Shown here: piece after piece, positions 20,804 through 30,621 of the stretch
How the letters are laid out: each line of letters opens with the position of its first letter
Position numbering within the stretch: position 1 is the stretch's first letter
NCBI GenBank assembly: GCA_947497315.1
Contig: CANMFX010000005.1
Location: 14,873 to 78,872 of the forward strand
DNA: 64,000 nt
Reading direction: 5' to 3'
DNA from: an uncultured Sphingomonadaceae bacterium
Lineage (GTDB): Bacteria > Pseudomonadota > Alphaproteobacteria > Sphingomonadales > Sphingomonadaceae
Made by a program: the position numbers and the translations under genes
Notes under the pieces: generated by a model
What the model was told of the DNA's origin: nothing
The model's input: only the letters and a program-made list of their open reading frames with translations
Databases searched by the model: none

Positions 20804-20955
20804 GGGCATTATCCTTATATCTGGCGGGAGCCGCATGCTCCTGCGCTTCAAGCAAATTTCGCCGTGCCTAGGTGTAGTTTTTTACCGTCGCAATCTATGA
20901 AAAAAAATAAGTTACGGCTATGTTGGTAGCTTATTCCAAAATTACGGGGAACGCT

Positions 20956-21408
20956 ATGATTCGCGATGACGTGAAAGCGGCACAAATTGCGGCTATGAAA
21001 GCCGGCGACAAGGATCGCACGGCCGCTACACGCGCCATGCTGGCGAAGATCAAGGACAAGGATATCGAGCTGCGCACCAAGGACAGCAAGCTCGATGACG
21101 ATATCATGGTGACCGACGTGCTCCAGAAAATGGCCAAGCAACGGCGCGAATCGATTGAGATGTTCGAATCAGGTGGCCGCGATGAATTGGCCAAGGGCGA
21201 GAAAATGGAACTTGCCGTGATCGAGGAATTCCTGCCCGCGCAGCTGAGCGAAGCCGATACGGCGGCGTTGATTGACGGCATCAAGACAGAACTCGGCGCA
21301 GAATCGATGAAAGATATGGGCCGCGTGATGGCGGAACTCAAATCCCGCCACGGCAGTGAAATCGACATGAGCAAGGCCAGCGGTCTGGTGAAGGCCGCAC
21401 TTTCCTGA
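20956..21408 (+). CDS. GatB/YqeY domain protein
   Basis: AMKAGDKDR...LQKMAKQRRESIEMFESGGRDELA...KDMGRVM; start refined to ATG 20956. Confidence 0.92.
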   Translation: MIRDDVKAAQIAAMKAGDKDRTAATRAMLAKIKDKDIELRTKDSKLDDDIMVTDVLQKMAKQRRESIEMFESGGRDELAKGEKMELAVIEEFLPAQLSEADTAALIDGIKTELGAESMKDMGRVMAELKSRHGSEIDMSKASGLVKAALS

Positions 21409-21767
21409 TGAAGGAAAGCTTGTGGCAGCGCTATCTCAAATGGCGGCTGCGCAATGTTGAAATTGTGGAATGCGACGACGATGGCCTGACCCATCGTTTT
21501 CGAAAGAAGACCGCGCATTTGCAATGGGATGATGTCGAAAAAGTCCATGCTTTCAAACGGGATTTGGTTACCGTCGATTGTGTATGTTTGGCTTTCACTT
21601 CCAAAGATGGCATTATCGAGATAGCGGAGGATACCGAAGGATATTCAGAAGTTTTGGAAAGGTTGGAAATTCATCTTGGCGTAACGCCTGAGTGGATGTT
21701 GACCGTCATGTTCCCGGCATTTGAACCCAATCTCACGCAAATTTATCCGGTGGTCGACGCCTCATGA
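21408..21767 (+). CDS. Hypothetical protein (119 aa, possibly bacterial PH-like fold)
   Basis: Open frame coupled on both sides (TGATG with yqeY, ATGA with dnaG); WDDVEKVHAFKRDLVTVD...PAFEPNLTQIY. Confidence 0.6.
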   Translation: MKESLWQRYLKWRLRNVEIVECDDDGLTHRFRKKTAHLQWDDVEKVHAFKRDLVTVDCVCLAFTSKDGIIEIAEDTEGYSEVLERLEIHLGVTPEWMLTVMFPAFEPNLTQIYPVVDAS

Positions 21768-23632
21768 CCCTTTCTCCCCAATGGCTTGATGAATTGCGCA
21801 GCCGGACGACATTGTCCACGCTGATTGGCCGGACGGTGAAAATCCAGAAGGCAGGACGCGAGTTTAAGGCCTGTTGCCCGTTTCATAATGAAAAGACGCC
21901 AAGCTTCACGATTAATGACGAGAAGGGCTTCTACCATTGCTTTGGTTGCGGCGCCCATGGTGATGCCATCCGATGGATGACCGACCAGCGCGGCCTCAGC
22001 TTCATGGATGCGGTGAAGGATTTGGCGGCCGAGGCACAGATGGAAGTCCCTGCCCCCGATCCGCGAGCTGCACAGCGGCAGGAAGCCCGTGCAACGCTAC
22101 ATGACGTCATGGCGTCGGCGCAGGATTGGTTTGTCACGCAGTTTAACGGGATTGAGGGCGCGGCCGCTCGTGAATATCTGAAAAATCGCGGTATTTCGGA
22201 AAAGACGATCCGCGAATTTGGCTTTGGTTTTGCGCCAGATTCGCGTGGTCGGCTCAAGGAAGCCCTTTCGGTTCACGGGGTTGATCAACTGGTTGAGGCC
22301 GGCCTGCTTATAAAGGTCGACGATCGTGATCCTTATGATCGCTTTCGCGGCCGACTGATGATTCCCATCCGCGATCCACGGGGACGGGTTATCGCCTTTG
22401 GCGGCCGAATATTGGGCGATGGTGAGCCCAAATATCTCAACTCACCTGATACACCTTTGTTCGACAAAGGCCGTACACTCTACAATCTCGACAAAGCGTC
22501 ACCTGCATCCCGTCAAACAGGACGGATATTGGTCGTGGAAGGCTATATGGATGCCATTGCGCTGGCCCAGGCCGGTTTCGAGGATGTCGTCGCGCCACTG
22601 GGCACTGCGCTGACAGAACATCAGATCGAACGGATATGGAAGATGGTCGAGGCCCCGATCCTCTGCTTTGATGGTGACAACGCCGGTCAAAAAGCCGCCA
22701 TGCGCGCGGCCTTGCGGGCCTTGCCGATATTGCGGCCGTCCCACAGCCTGAACTTCATCGCGCTGCCGGCAGGACAAGACCCGGATGATCTGCTGCGATC
22801 CGAAGGGCCACAGGCATTTGCAGCTTTAATCGACCAACCACAAATGCTCGGCGACAAGATATGGCAGGCGGAGTTCGAGGCCGAACCGCTCAACACGCCA
22901 GAAACCAAGGCAGGCCTGAAAAAACGACTATCCGATCATATTCGCGATATATCCGATCAGGATATTGCGCAGCATTACCGTCAGGATTTTCAGCAGCGAT
23001 ATGAAGAGGCCTTTTTCAGGAAGCGTGACAGCGGACCGGGTCAGAAACAGTTTGCGCGTTCAAAAAGCGGTTTCAAATCTCAATATGTTTCGTTCAAGCC
23101 AATGGACGATACAAAGTCCGTTTTGATCGATGGCCATGACCTACGTATTGCAAAAGCCATATTGGGCGGTCTGATCCGCCATCCTGCCCAGATTTCCAAG
23201 CATTTTGAAGAACTAACCGTGCTGCGGTTGGCCGATTCGCAGATGCAGGCGTTGCTATCGGAGTTGATACATGCCGCAATGAGCAAAGAAATGCTTGATA
23301 TGCAGGGCCTTCTTACCATATTGGAACAGACAGATTGTTATAATGTCGCAAAAGGGCTGTTACGGGCCGATGCGCTGAATTTCACTTTCAACCGCAAACT
23401 GCCAGATAATGCCCCGTCGGACGATATCGAACGGGCGCAGAATGATTTGGTAGAAGCGATTAAGGTAATCACTGCGCGACCGGGACTGGAAGCGGCTTTG
23501 GCGGAGGCAACACGGCGGGTGCAGGATAATCTCGATGAAGAAAGCTATGCGGAGCAACAAAGATTGCGGCAGGCAAAACAGGAATTTCATGACAGATTAG
23601 TTGAACTCACCCAGGTCGATGACATCGTGTGA
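21764..23632 (+). CDS. dnaG: DNA primase
   Basis: CHC2 zinc finger (CPFHNEKTPSF...CFGC), KYLNSP, Toprim VVEGYMD and LCFDGDNAG. Confidence 0.98.
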   Translation: MTLSPQWLDELRSRTTLSTLIGRTVKIQKAGREFKACCPFHNEKTPSFTINDEKGFYHCFGCGAHGDAIRWMTDQRGLSFMDAVKDLAAEAQMEVPAPDPRAAQRQEARATLHDVMASAQDWFVTQFNGIEGAAAREYLKNRGISEKTIREFGFGFAPDSRGRLKEALSVHGVDQLVEAGLLIKVDDRDPYDRFRGRLMIPIRDPRGRVIAFGGRILGDGEPKYLNSPDTPLFDKGRTLYNLDKASPASRQTGRILVVEGYMDAIALAQAGFEDVVAPLGTALTEHQIERIWKMVEAPILCFDGDNAGQKAAMRAALRALPILRPSHSLNFIALPAGQDPDDLLRSEGPQAFAALIDQPQMLGDKIWQAEFEAEPLNTPETKAGLKKRLSDHIRDISDQDIAQHYRQDFQQRYEEAFFRKRDSGPGQKQFARSKSGFKSQYVSFKPMDDTKSVLIDGHDLRIAKAILGGLIRHPAQISKHFEELTVLRLADSQMQALLSELIHAAMSKEMLDMQGLLTILEQTDCYNVAKGLLRADALNFTFNRKLPDNAPSDDIERAQNDLVEAIKVITARPGLEAALAEATRRVQDNLDEESYAEQQRLRQAKQEFHDRLVELTQVDDIV

Positions 23633-23680
23633 ATTGTGTGAACTTTGAAGATTAGTTTTTAAAAATAAGGGCCCTGAGAC

Positions 23681-25705
23681 TTGGCAAGCAAAGCAAAAAA
23701 ACCAGCGGTAACAGAAGATGCGCCGCTCATTGACATGAATGAGTCCGGCATCAAAAAGCTTCTCACGAAGGCAAAAAAACGCGGCTACCTGACCTATGAT
23801 GAATTGAACGAAGCCATGCCGCAGGACCAGATGTCCAGCGAGCAAATCGAAGACGTGATGTCCTCAATTTCCGATATGGGCGTGAAAATTGTCGAAAATG
23901 ATGACGAAGCTGCCGAGGAAATGGGCGGCGATGAAGTCGAGTCCATCGACGGTTCAGAGAAAGACAAAAAAACTACCGCTGCGGCTGCTCCGAAAAAAGC
24001 AGCTGGTGACCGCACCGATGATCCGGTGCGTATGTATCTGCGCGAAATGGGCGCTGTTGAGCTGCTCAGCCGCGAAGGTGAAATTGCCATTGCCAAGCGT
24101 ATCGAGGCTGGCCGGGATACAATGATCTGGGGTCTTTGCGAAAGCCCGACGACCTTCAACGCCATTATCGAATGGTCCACCGCTCTCAATGACGGCGAAA
24201 TGCAGCTGCGCGAAATACTCGACCTTGATGCGATGTTGTCAAAAGATCCGGTGCCGGAAAATCTTGAAGACGAAGATGATGATGACGGCGAAATCAGCGA
24301 AAAAACGGCTGGTCCATCTTTCAAGGATGATGATGAGGTTGAAGACGAACCGGAAGCGGCCGAAGGTGAAGGCGACGATGAAGACGAATTGACCGAACGT
24401 CGGACCAAACGCGTTGTCGAAGAAGAGGAAGAAGATAACACGCTTTCTCTCGCGCAGATGGAAGAAGCCCTGAAACCTGAGGCTCTCGAAAAATTCGCAA
24501 CCATCACGTCCGTGTTCAAGAAATTCTCGAAATTGCAGAACACCCGCATGGAAGCCTTTGCAGTTGGTGATGATTTCCCTGCAGCTTCCGAGAAAAAATA
24601 TCACAACCTGCGTGAAGAGCTCACCGCTTTGGTCGAAAGCGTGCAATTTCATGCCAACAAGATCGAATTTCTGGTTGACCAGCTTTACTCGTTCAACCGC
24701 CGGTTGACGGCGCTTGGCGGCCAGATGCTGAGACTTGCAGAGCGCCACAAAGTGCCGCGCCGTGCCTTTTTGGAAGGCTATGTCGGCCATGAACTGGATG
24801 ACGGCTGGCTGGCCAACATGGCCAAGACGGATAAGAAATGGGCAGCCTTTGCGGAAAAAGAGGCAGTGTCTGTCGAACGGATTCGCGCTGAGATTTCCGA
24901 CATTTCTGCGGCAACCGGAACATCGCTTGGTGAGTTCCGCCGTATCGTCAACATGGTTCAGAAAGGTGAGCGCGAGGCGCGCATTGCCAAGAAAGAAATG
25001 GTCGAAGCCAATTTGCGGCTCGTTATTTCCATCGCGAAAAAATATACCAATCGCGGCCTGCAGTTTCTGGACCTGATCCAGGAAGGCAATATCGGCCTCA
25101 TGAAAGCGGTTGATAAATTTGAGTACCGACGCGGATATAAATTCTCGACCTATGCAACCTGGTGGATTCGTCAGGCGATCACGCGTTCGATTGCAGATCA
25201 AGCGCGGACGATTCGTATTCCGGTCCATATGATTGAAACGATCAACAAGCTGGTCCGCACCTCACGCCAGTTCCTTCACGAGCAGGGCCGTGAGCCTACG
25301 CCGGAGGAAATGGCGGAACGCCTATCCATGCCGCTTGAAAAAGTGCGCAAGGTCATGAAGATCGCGAAAGAACCGATCAGCCTGGAAACGCCAATTGGTG
25401 ATGAAGAAGATTCGCATCTGGGCGATTTCATTGAAGATAAGAATGCGATCATTCCCGTGGATGCCGCGATTCAGGCGAATCTGAAAGAGACGGTGACGCG
25501 AGTATTGGCCAGCCTGACACCGCGTGAAGAGCGGGTTTTGCGGATGCGTTTCGGCATTGGCATGAATACCGACCACACACTGGAAGAAGTCGGTCAGCAG
25601 TTTAGCGTGACCCGGGAACGTATTCGCCAAATTGAGGCAAAGGCATTGCGGAAACTGAAACATCCAAGCCGCAGCCGCAAAATGCGCAGTTTTCTGGATC
25701 AATAA
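23681..25705 (+). CDS. rpoD: RNA polymerase primary sigma factor RpoD
   Basis: [12 protein letters not shown], region 2 ([38 protein letters not shown]), region 4 HTH; TTG start. Confidence 0.99.
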   Translation: MASKAKKPAVTEDAPLIDMNESGIKKLLTKAKKRGYLTYDELNEAMPQDQMSSEQIEDVMSSISDMGVKIVENDDEAAEEMGGDEVESIDGSEKDKKTTAAAAPKKAAGDRTDDPVRMYLREMGAVELLSREGEIAIAKRIEAGRDTMIWGLCESPTTFNAIIEWSTALNDGEMQLREILDLDAMLSKDPVPENLEDEDDDDGEISEKTAGPSFKDDDEVEDEPEAAEGEGDDEDELTERRTKRVVEEEEEDNTLSLAQMEEALKPEALEKFATITSVFKKFSKLQNTRMEAFAVGDDFPAASEKKYHNLREELTALVESVQFHANKIEFLVDQLYSFNRRLTALGGQMLRLAERHKVPRRAFLEGYVGHELDDGWLANMAKTDKKWAAFAEKEAVSVERIRAEISDISAATGTSLGEFRRIVNMVQKGEREARIAKKEMVEANLRLVISIAKKYTNRGLQFLDLIQEGNIGLMKAVDKFEYRRGYKFSTYATWWIRQAITRSIADQARTIRIPVHMIETINKLVRTSRQFLHEQGREPTPEEMAERLSMPLEKVRKVMKIAKEPISLETPIGDEEDSHLGDFIEDKNAIIPVDAAIQANLKETVTRVLASLTPREERVLRMRFGIGMNTDHTLEEVGQQFSVTRERIRQIEAKALRKLKHPSRSRKMRSFLDQ

Positions 25706-25864
25706 AACGCGGTTTTTCGCTGTTTTCGAGCATTTCCATACTATGGTTTGCACTTAGCTAACGCGGCGTAAACCGGGTATTTAGGTTTGTGCGCTAATCA
25801 CGAGTTGTAACGCGATTTGCCGGGCATCAAATGTCCGACAGGTCACCGGGAACTCTAACGTGAT

Positions 25865-26533
25865 GTGAGCGCAATGCCAGAAACCAGTTTAATACCATCC
25901 GCGCGACCATCTTTGGTGGATCATGTGGCCGCACACGGCACGCAATCCGCCAGCTATGTCGAAGCGATCGAGAGCGATTTTACGACGTTAAGCGGTGCGG
26001 ATATTGCCGACATCGCTCATTTTCTTTGCGTTCTGCACGGCCGCCACCCCGGCGTAGTCGATCATGCAGCGACCAAGACTGCCGATGTTATCGCCCGCGA
26101 ATGGCTTGTAGAAGCGATGGACGGTTTTTCCGCCGAACGCGCCTTTCTGACGACATTGACCGTCGCTGCCGGACCGATATCAGGTGTGCGCAGCGAAGAC
26201 CAAAGCAATGCAACTGTATTGGCCCAGCGCAAAGCGCTCGAGATGCTATCACAGTCTGACCGCAACGGCTGTGCCCTGGGTGCATCCTTTGCCCTTGTTC
26301 TGGATTGGCAAGCTATTCGGCCATTGCTTGAAAAGGTCGCCATAAAACTAGGTATAGAACCCAGAAAAGCGATTCTGCCGTCAGCGGAAGCAACGCATGT
26401 TCTAAATGCTGAACTGTCGCAATCCAGTGCAGTTGAGCGCGCGATCAATTTTGGCGTCGATCAGATATTGACCCAACATCGCGGCCTTTGGCAGCTGCTT
26501 GAAGCCCGCAAGAATGCTCGTAACGCAGGCTGA
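25865..26533 (+). CDS. Conserved hypothetical all-alpha protein (sphingomonad DUF6975-like)
   Basis: Long ORF with normal codon usage; motifs HFLCVLHGRHPGV, ERAFLTTL, GCALGASFALVLDW. The family assignment is from memory and unverified. The start may be ATG 25874. Confidence 0.6.
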   Translation: MSAMPETSLIPSARPSLVDHVAAHGTQSASYVEAIESDFTTLSGADIADIAHFLCVLHGRHPGVVDHAATKTADVIAREWLVEAMDGFSAERAFLTTLTVAAGPISGVRSEDQSNATVLAQRKALEMLSQSDRNGCALGASFALVLDWQAIRPLLEKVAIKLGIEPRKAILPSAEATHVLNAELSQSSAVERAINFGVDQILTQHRGLWQLLEARKNARNAG

Positions 26534-26640
26534 CTGGCAACATTGCGCATTTGTTTGATTAACTAAATGATTAACTTGCCTCAAAACGGCCTTTTCCCTA
26601 TCGCTATTCCATTGACGTTTACGGCAAGGGAATATGGAAT

Positions 26641-27486
26641 ATGCGTTTTGACGGTACCAAAGATTATGTAGCAACCGATGATTTGAAGGTTGCGGTCAAC
26701 GCTGCCGTGACGCTTCGGCGCCCGCTCCTTGTAAAAGGCGAGCCTGGCACCGGTAAAACCGTTCTTGCACATGAAATTGCCAAGGCCACTGGCGCGCCAT
26801 TGATTGAATGGAATGTCAAATCAACAACCAAAGCGCATCAGGGTCTTTATGAATATGATGCGGTTGCGCGACTTCGCGATGGTCAGTTAGGCGATGAGCG
26901 TGTCCATGATATCTCCAACTACATCCGCCGGGGTAAACTCTGGGAAGCCTTTACCAGCAAGGAATTGCCGGTCCTGCTGATCGACGAGATTGACAAGGCG
27001 GACATCGAATTTCCCAACGATTTGTTGCAGGAACTCGATCGCATGGAATTCCATGTTTACGAAACGAAAGAAACCATCAAGGCGGCAGAACGGCCGATCG
27101 TGGTGATCACGTCCAACAATGAAAAAGAATTGCCCGACGCCTTCCTGCGCCGCTGCTTCTTCCACTATATTAAATTCCCGGATCGTGAGACGATGCAGGA
27201 AATCATCAATGTCCACTTCCCTGATATTCAAGGGGTTTTGGTCAAAAAGGCGATGGACATTTTCTACGATGTTCGGGAAGTTCCAGGACTGAAAAAGAAA
27301 CCGAGCACTTCGGAATTACTCGACTGGCTGAAGCTTTTGCTTTCCGAAGACATGCCTCTTGAAGTGTTGCAATCGCAGGACCCAAGCAAAGCCATTCCGC
27401 CACTGCACGGAGCCTTGCTCAAGAATGAGCAGGACGTCATGCTGTTCGAACGCTTGGCATTCATGGCGAAACGCGAAGCGCGTTAA
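26641..27486 (+). CDS. MoxR-family AAA+ ATPase (CoxD-like)
   Basis: Walker A GEPGTGKT, Walker B LLIDEIDKAD, sensor TSNNEKELPDAFLRRC. Confidence 0.93.
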   Translation: MRFDGTKDYVATDDLKVAVNAAVTLRRPLLVKGEPGTGKTVLAHEIAKATGAPLIEWNVKSTTKAHQGLYEYDAVARLRDGQLGDERVHDISNYIRRGKLWEAFTSKELPVLLIDEIDKADIEFPNDLLQELDRMEFHVYETKETIKAAERPIVVITSNNEKELPDAFLRRCFFHYIKFPDRETMQEIINVHFPDIQGVLVKKAMDIFYDVREVPGLKKKPSTSELLDWLKLLLSEDMPLEVLQSQDPSKAIPPLHGALLKNEQDVMLFERLAFMAKREAR

Positions 27487-27500
27487 ACGGAGCGAACCAG

Positions 27501-28685
27501 ATGTTCTTCAACTTCATGGACGAGCTAAGAGCAGCGGGAATAACCGCCTCGCTTAAAGAACATCTGGTGCTTTTGGAGGCGCTGGACAAGGAAGTTATCC
27601 AAAGCCGTCCGGAAGAATTTTATTATCTGTCTCGAGCAACTTTTGTTAAAGATGAAGGGCTTCTGGATCGCTTCGACCAAGTATTCTCAAAGGTTTTCAA
27701 GGGTATTGAAACCAGTTACGGGATGCAGGAAGAAGATATTCCGCTCGACTGGCTGAAAGCCGTTGCGGAAAAATATCTGTCCGAAGAAGAAATGGCCGAA
27801 GTCAAGAAACTTGGCAGCTGGGACGAGATTATGGAGACGCTGAAAGAGCGTCTTGCCGAGCAGGAAAAACGCCATGAAGGCGGCAGCAAATGGATCGGCA
27901 CCGGTGGTACGTCACCATACGGAAATAGCGGTTTCAATCCCGAAGGTGTTCGGATTGGTGGTGAAGGCGGTCAAAAGAAAGCCATAAAGGTTTGGGACAA
28001 GCGCGAGTTTCAGAATCTCGACAACACCAAGCAATTGGGAACCCGTAATATCAAAGTAGCACTTCGGCGTTTGCGCCGTTTTGCCAGAGAAGGCTCTGCC
28101 GACGAGCTGGATATCAACAGCACTATTAATGGAACCGCCAAGAAGGGCTGGCTCGATATTCATATGCGCCCTGAGCGGCACAATGCGGTAAAGCTATTGC
28201 TTTTCTTGGATGTGGGCGGATCGATGGATCCTTTTATCAAGCTGTGCGAAGAACTTTTTTCCGCTGCGACTACCGAATTCAAGAATCTCGAGTTTTTCTA
28301 TTTCCATAACTGTGTCTACGAAGGTGTCTGGAAGGACAATCGCCGACGTTTCTCAGAACGGACAAATACATGGGATATCCTTCATAAATATGGCCATGAC
28401 TATAAGCTGATTTTTGTCGGTGACGCGTCAATGAGCCCTTATGAAATCACGCATCCCGGCGGTTCCGTCGAGCATTTTAACGAGGAAGCCGGCGTAACCT
28501 GGCTTAATCGGATGACCAATACTTATCCCGCGACCGCTTGGCTGAATCCGGTGCCGGAAAAGCAATGGGGTTATTCTCAGAGTGTCAAAATCGTGAAGGA
28601 ATTGATGAACGACCGGATGTACCCGCTGACATTGGAGGGTTTGAGCGACGCCATGAAGGAATTGACCCGTAAACACGGATCATAA
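27501..28685 (+). CDS. VWA-domain protein (CoxE-like MoxR partner)
   Basis: MIDAS DVGGSMD, FVGDASM, WIGTGGTSPYG; directly downstream of the MoxR gene. Confidence 0.88.
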   Translation: MFFNFMDELRAAGITASLKEHLVLLEALDKEVIQSRPEEFYYLSRATFVKDEGLLDRFDQVFSKVFKGIETSYGMQEEDIPLDWLKAVAEKYLSEEEMAEVKKLGSWDEIMETLKERLAEQEKRHEGGSKWIGTGGTSPYGNSGFNPEGVRIGGEGGQKKAIKVWDKREFQNLDNTKQLGTRNIKVALRRLRRFAREGSADELDINSTINGTAKKGWLDIHMRPERHNAVKLLLFLDVGGSMDPFIKLCEELFSAATTEFKNLEFFYFHNCVYEGVWKDNRRRFSERTNTWDILHKYGHDYKLIFVGDASMSPYEITHPGGSVEHFNEEAGVTWLNRMTNTYPATAWLNPVPEKQWGYSQSVKIVKELMNDRMYPLTLEGLSDAMKELTRKHGS

Positions 28686-28689
28686 AGCG

Positions 28690-28992
28690 CTAAGCTTCAA
28701 CCGCCAGCAAGGTTGTTCCCTGGTATTTTTCAGCCGCTGCATCAAAAAGATCCGATGGTTCAAACTGCCGGTCTTCAACGACCACCTCTTTCAGGCCTGA
28801 TAGTTTAAACGTGCCTAATTTCAACTCGCGAGGCGGTTGCCCTTCCCTCTCGATCGTGACAGCATCAACATGCATCTCATCATGACGAGTATAGAGAATA
28901 TGCGGCGCAAGGGTAACCTGCATTTTATTATAAGTGGCAGTCACACATTTTTTCAGCGCAACACCTTCCAAAAATTCTTTGTTTGGTAGCAT
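28690..28992 (-). CDS. Stand-alone WYL-like domain protein (100 aa)
   Basis: Pattern matches the WYL/Sm-like core: CVTATY...LAPHILY...MHVDAV...GTFKLSGLKEV...F. No HTH domain. Confidence 0.55.
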   Translation of the reverse strand: MLPNKEFLEGVALKKCVTATYNKMQVTLAPHILYTRHDEMHVDAVTIEREGQPPRELKLGTFKLSGLKEVVVEDRQFEPSDLFDAAAEKYQGTTLLAVEA

Positions 28993-29117
28993 GGCTGCAA
29001 GATATCAAAAATAAAGGGCGACGCAACAGAAATGTTGCATTGCAGCATTACCTAAACCGGCCAACCCGCTTTCGAATATCTCTTACATATGGTAAGATTT
29101 CGCAGAGGAGGCCCCCC

Positions 29118-29420
29118 ATGCATAAAATATTCCTGCCCCTGACACTGCCGCTACTGACCGCAACTGGCCCGGCAAATGCAGCTCCCAACCCGGCCAAATG
29201 TTTGGATATTGTTGAAAATATTGACTTTGACAAAACGGAAAAACCAAAAATGCGTACACTCGAAAGGGAAGCGCCCGCAGCAATAATTGCTGCTGTCGAC
29301 CGACGCGTCGACAATTGCCCGGTACTTGTGGTGCTGGATGACCAATTGGCTGGTGAGCCCCGCTGGATTGCTCCGGCATCCCCACCGATAGCAAAGAGGC
29401 TTCCGGCCTTAGGGCGTTAG
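29118..29420 (+). CDS. Small secreted hypothetical protein
   Basis: GAGGAGG RBS before ATG 29118; signal peptide ending ANA|A; two Cys (KCLD, DNCPVLVV). Confidence 0.6.
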   Translation: MHKIFLPLTLPLLTATGPANAAPNPAKCLDIVENIDFDKTEKPKMRTLEREAPAAIIAAVDRRVDNCPVLVVLDDQLAGEPRWIAPASPPIAKRLPALGR

Positions 29421-29424
29421 GATA

Positions 29425-30621
29425 TCAGTAAATCAGATGGTCCTTTAACATCTGTCCCCACATCCTCTCTTCTGGAGCAGCTATGGCTTCCAGATCGTTG
29501 GCAATTGCCGATGGATTATCAATCCATTCACGCAGCGCAGGGCCGCCATTGATTACATCAAAGGCTAGCTTCCCTTCCTCATATTCATAAGCAAAATCCC
29601 GCCACAGTTCGTAACCGAAATAAAGCTTGCTGATCGCTTTCAAAGCCAGTGCCTGCAACCGCCATGGACGGAAAGCAGCGTGATTATAAAATGGGCCCTC
29701 CGCATGAATCTGGACGCCATTACAAAGCAATCCGACATGTTTATGGAAAGTTGGTTCAAACCAGCATTCTCTCAACGCACAGCCTTCCAGCCATTGCGGT
29801 GCCTTGCGCTGCATCTCGGCAATGACGGCTTTGGCATCAATGTCCGGTGCGCCAAAAAGCTCTAACGGACGCGTTGTTCCACGCCCTTCTGACAATGTCG
29901 TCCCCTCCAGCATGACGGTACCGGCATAGGCCCGCGCCATTGACAGGTTCGGTGCATTGGGACTGGGATTGATCCAGACGCGGTCGGTCGGCCAACCGAA
30001 GCCTGGGCCTTCGGGCTGCCACCCCTGCATTTCAATCACGCGATAGTCGACATCAAGATTGAAATGGCTGACAAACCATGCGCCCATTTCTCCCAGAGTA
30101 AGGCCATGACGCATCGGCATTGGTGCAGCGCCGACAAAACTCTCCCAACCTTCTTCCAGCATCATGCCTTCTATAGGGCGACCGGCGGGATTGGGGCGAT
30201 CAAGCACCCACACGGTTTTATTCTGCTCCGCGGCCGCTTCCAACATGTAGAGCAAAGTTGTGATGAAGGTATAAATCCGACAACCCAGGTCTTGCAGATC
30301 GATGATCAGAACATCAAATGTACTCATCGCTTGACCCGTTGGTCGGCGGGAATCTCCATACAGACTGAACACTGGAATTTCGTGGACTGGATCCACATAG
30401 TCCGGCGATTCAATCATGTTATCCTGCTTGTCACCACGCAAACCATGTTGCGGTCCAAAAGCGGCGGTGAGGTTGATATCGTCACACCGTGCCAAGGCAT
30501 CGAGCGAGTGGGTTAGGTCTTCGGTGACGGAGGCGGGATGAGCCAATAGTGCCACCCGTCGACCGGCAAGCGGCGCGCGCAATTCCGGCTCGGCGAGAAG
30601 TCGATCAATTCCAAATTTCAT
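29425..30621 (-). CDS. DUF1343 / NamZ-family exo-beta-N-acetylmuramidase
   Basis: FGPQHGLRG, DLQDLGCRIYTF, DRPNPAG, MRHGLTLGE, WINPSPN motifs. Confidence 0.88.
   Translation of the reverse strand: MKFGIDRLLAEPELRAPLAGRRVALLAHPASVTEDLTHSLDALARCDDINLTAAFGPQHGLRGDKQDNMIESPDYVDPVHEIPVFSLYGDSRRPTGQAMSTFDVLIIDLQDLGCRIYTFITTLLYMLEAAAEQNKTVWVLDRPNPAGRPIEGMMLEEGWESFVGAAPMPMRHGLTLGEMGAWFVSHFNLDVDYRVIEMQGWQPEGPGFGWPTDRVWINPSPNAPNLSMARAYAGTVMLEGTTLSEGRGTTRPLELFGAPDIDAKAVIAEMQRKAPQWLEGCALRECWFEPTFHKHVGLLCNGVQIHAEGPFYNHAAFRPWRLQALALKAISKLYFGYELWRDFAYEYEEGKLAFDVINGGPALREWIDNPSAIANDLEAIAAPEERMWGQMLKDHLIY

Noticed and set aside
19568-20929. 453-aa ORF on the + strand
   Set aside because: Antisense shadow of carA; no recognisable domain or RBS.
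24260-24440. Asp/Glu-rich low-complexity tract in rpoD
   Set aside because: This is the normal acidic non-conserved region of proteobacterial sigma70.
25758-25788. CtrA-like words upstream of the 25865 gene (CTAA-N7-TAAA; TAAA-N7-TTTAC on minus)
   Set aside because: Two mismatches each; expected by chance in AT-rich intergenic DNA.
26556-26570. FNR/FixK box (TTGAT-N4-ATCAA) upstream of moxR
   Set aside because: Only the left half-site is present.
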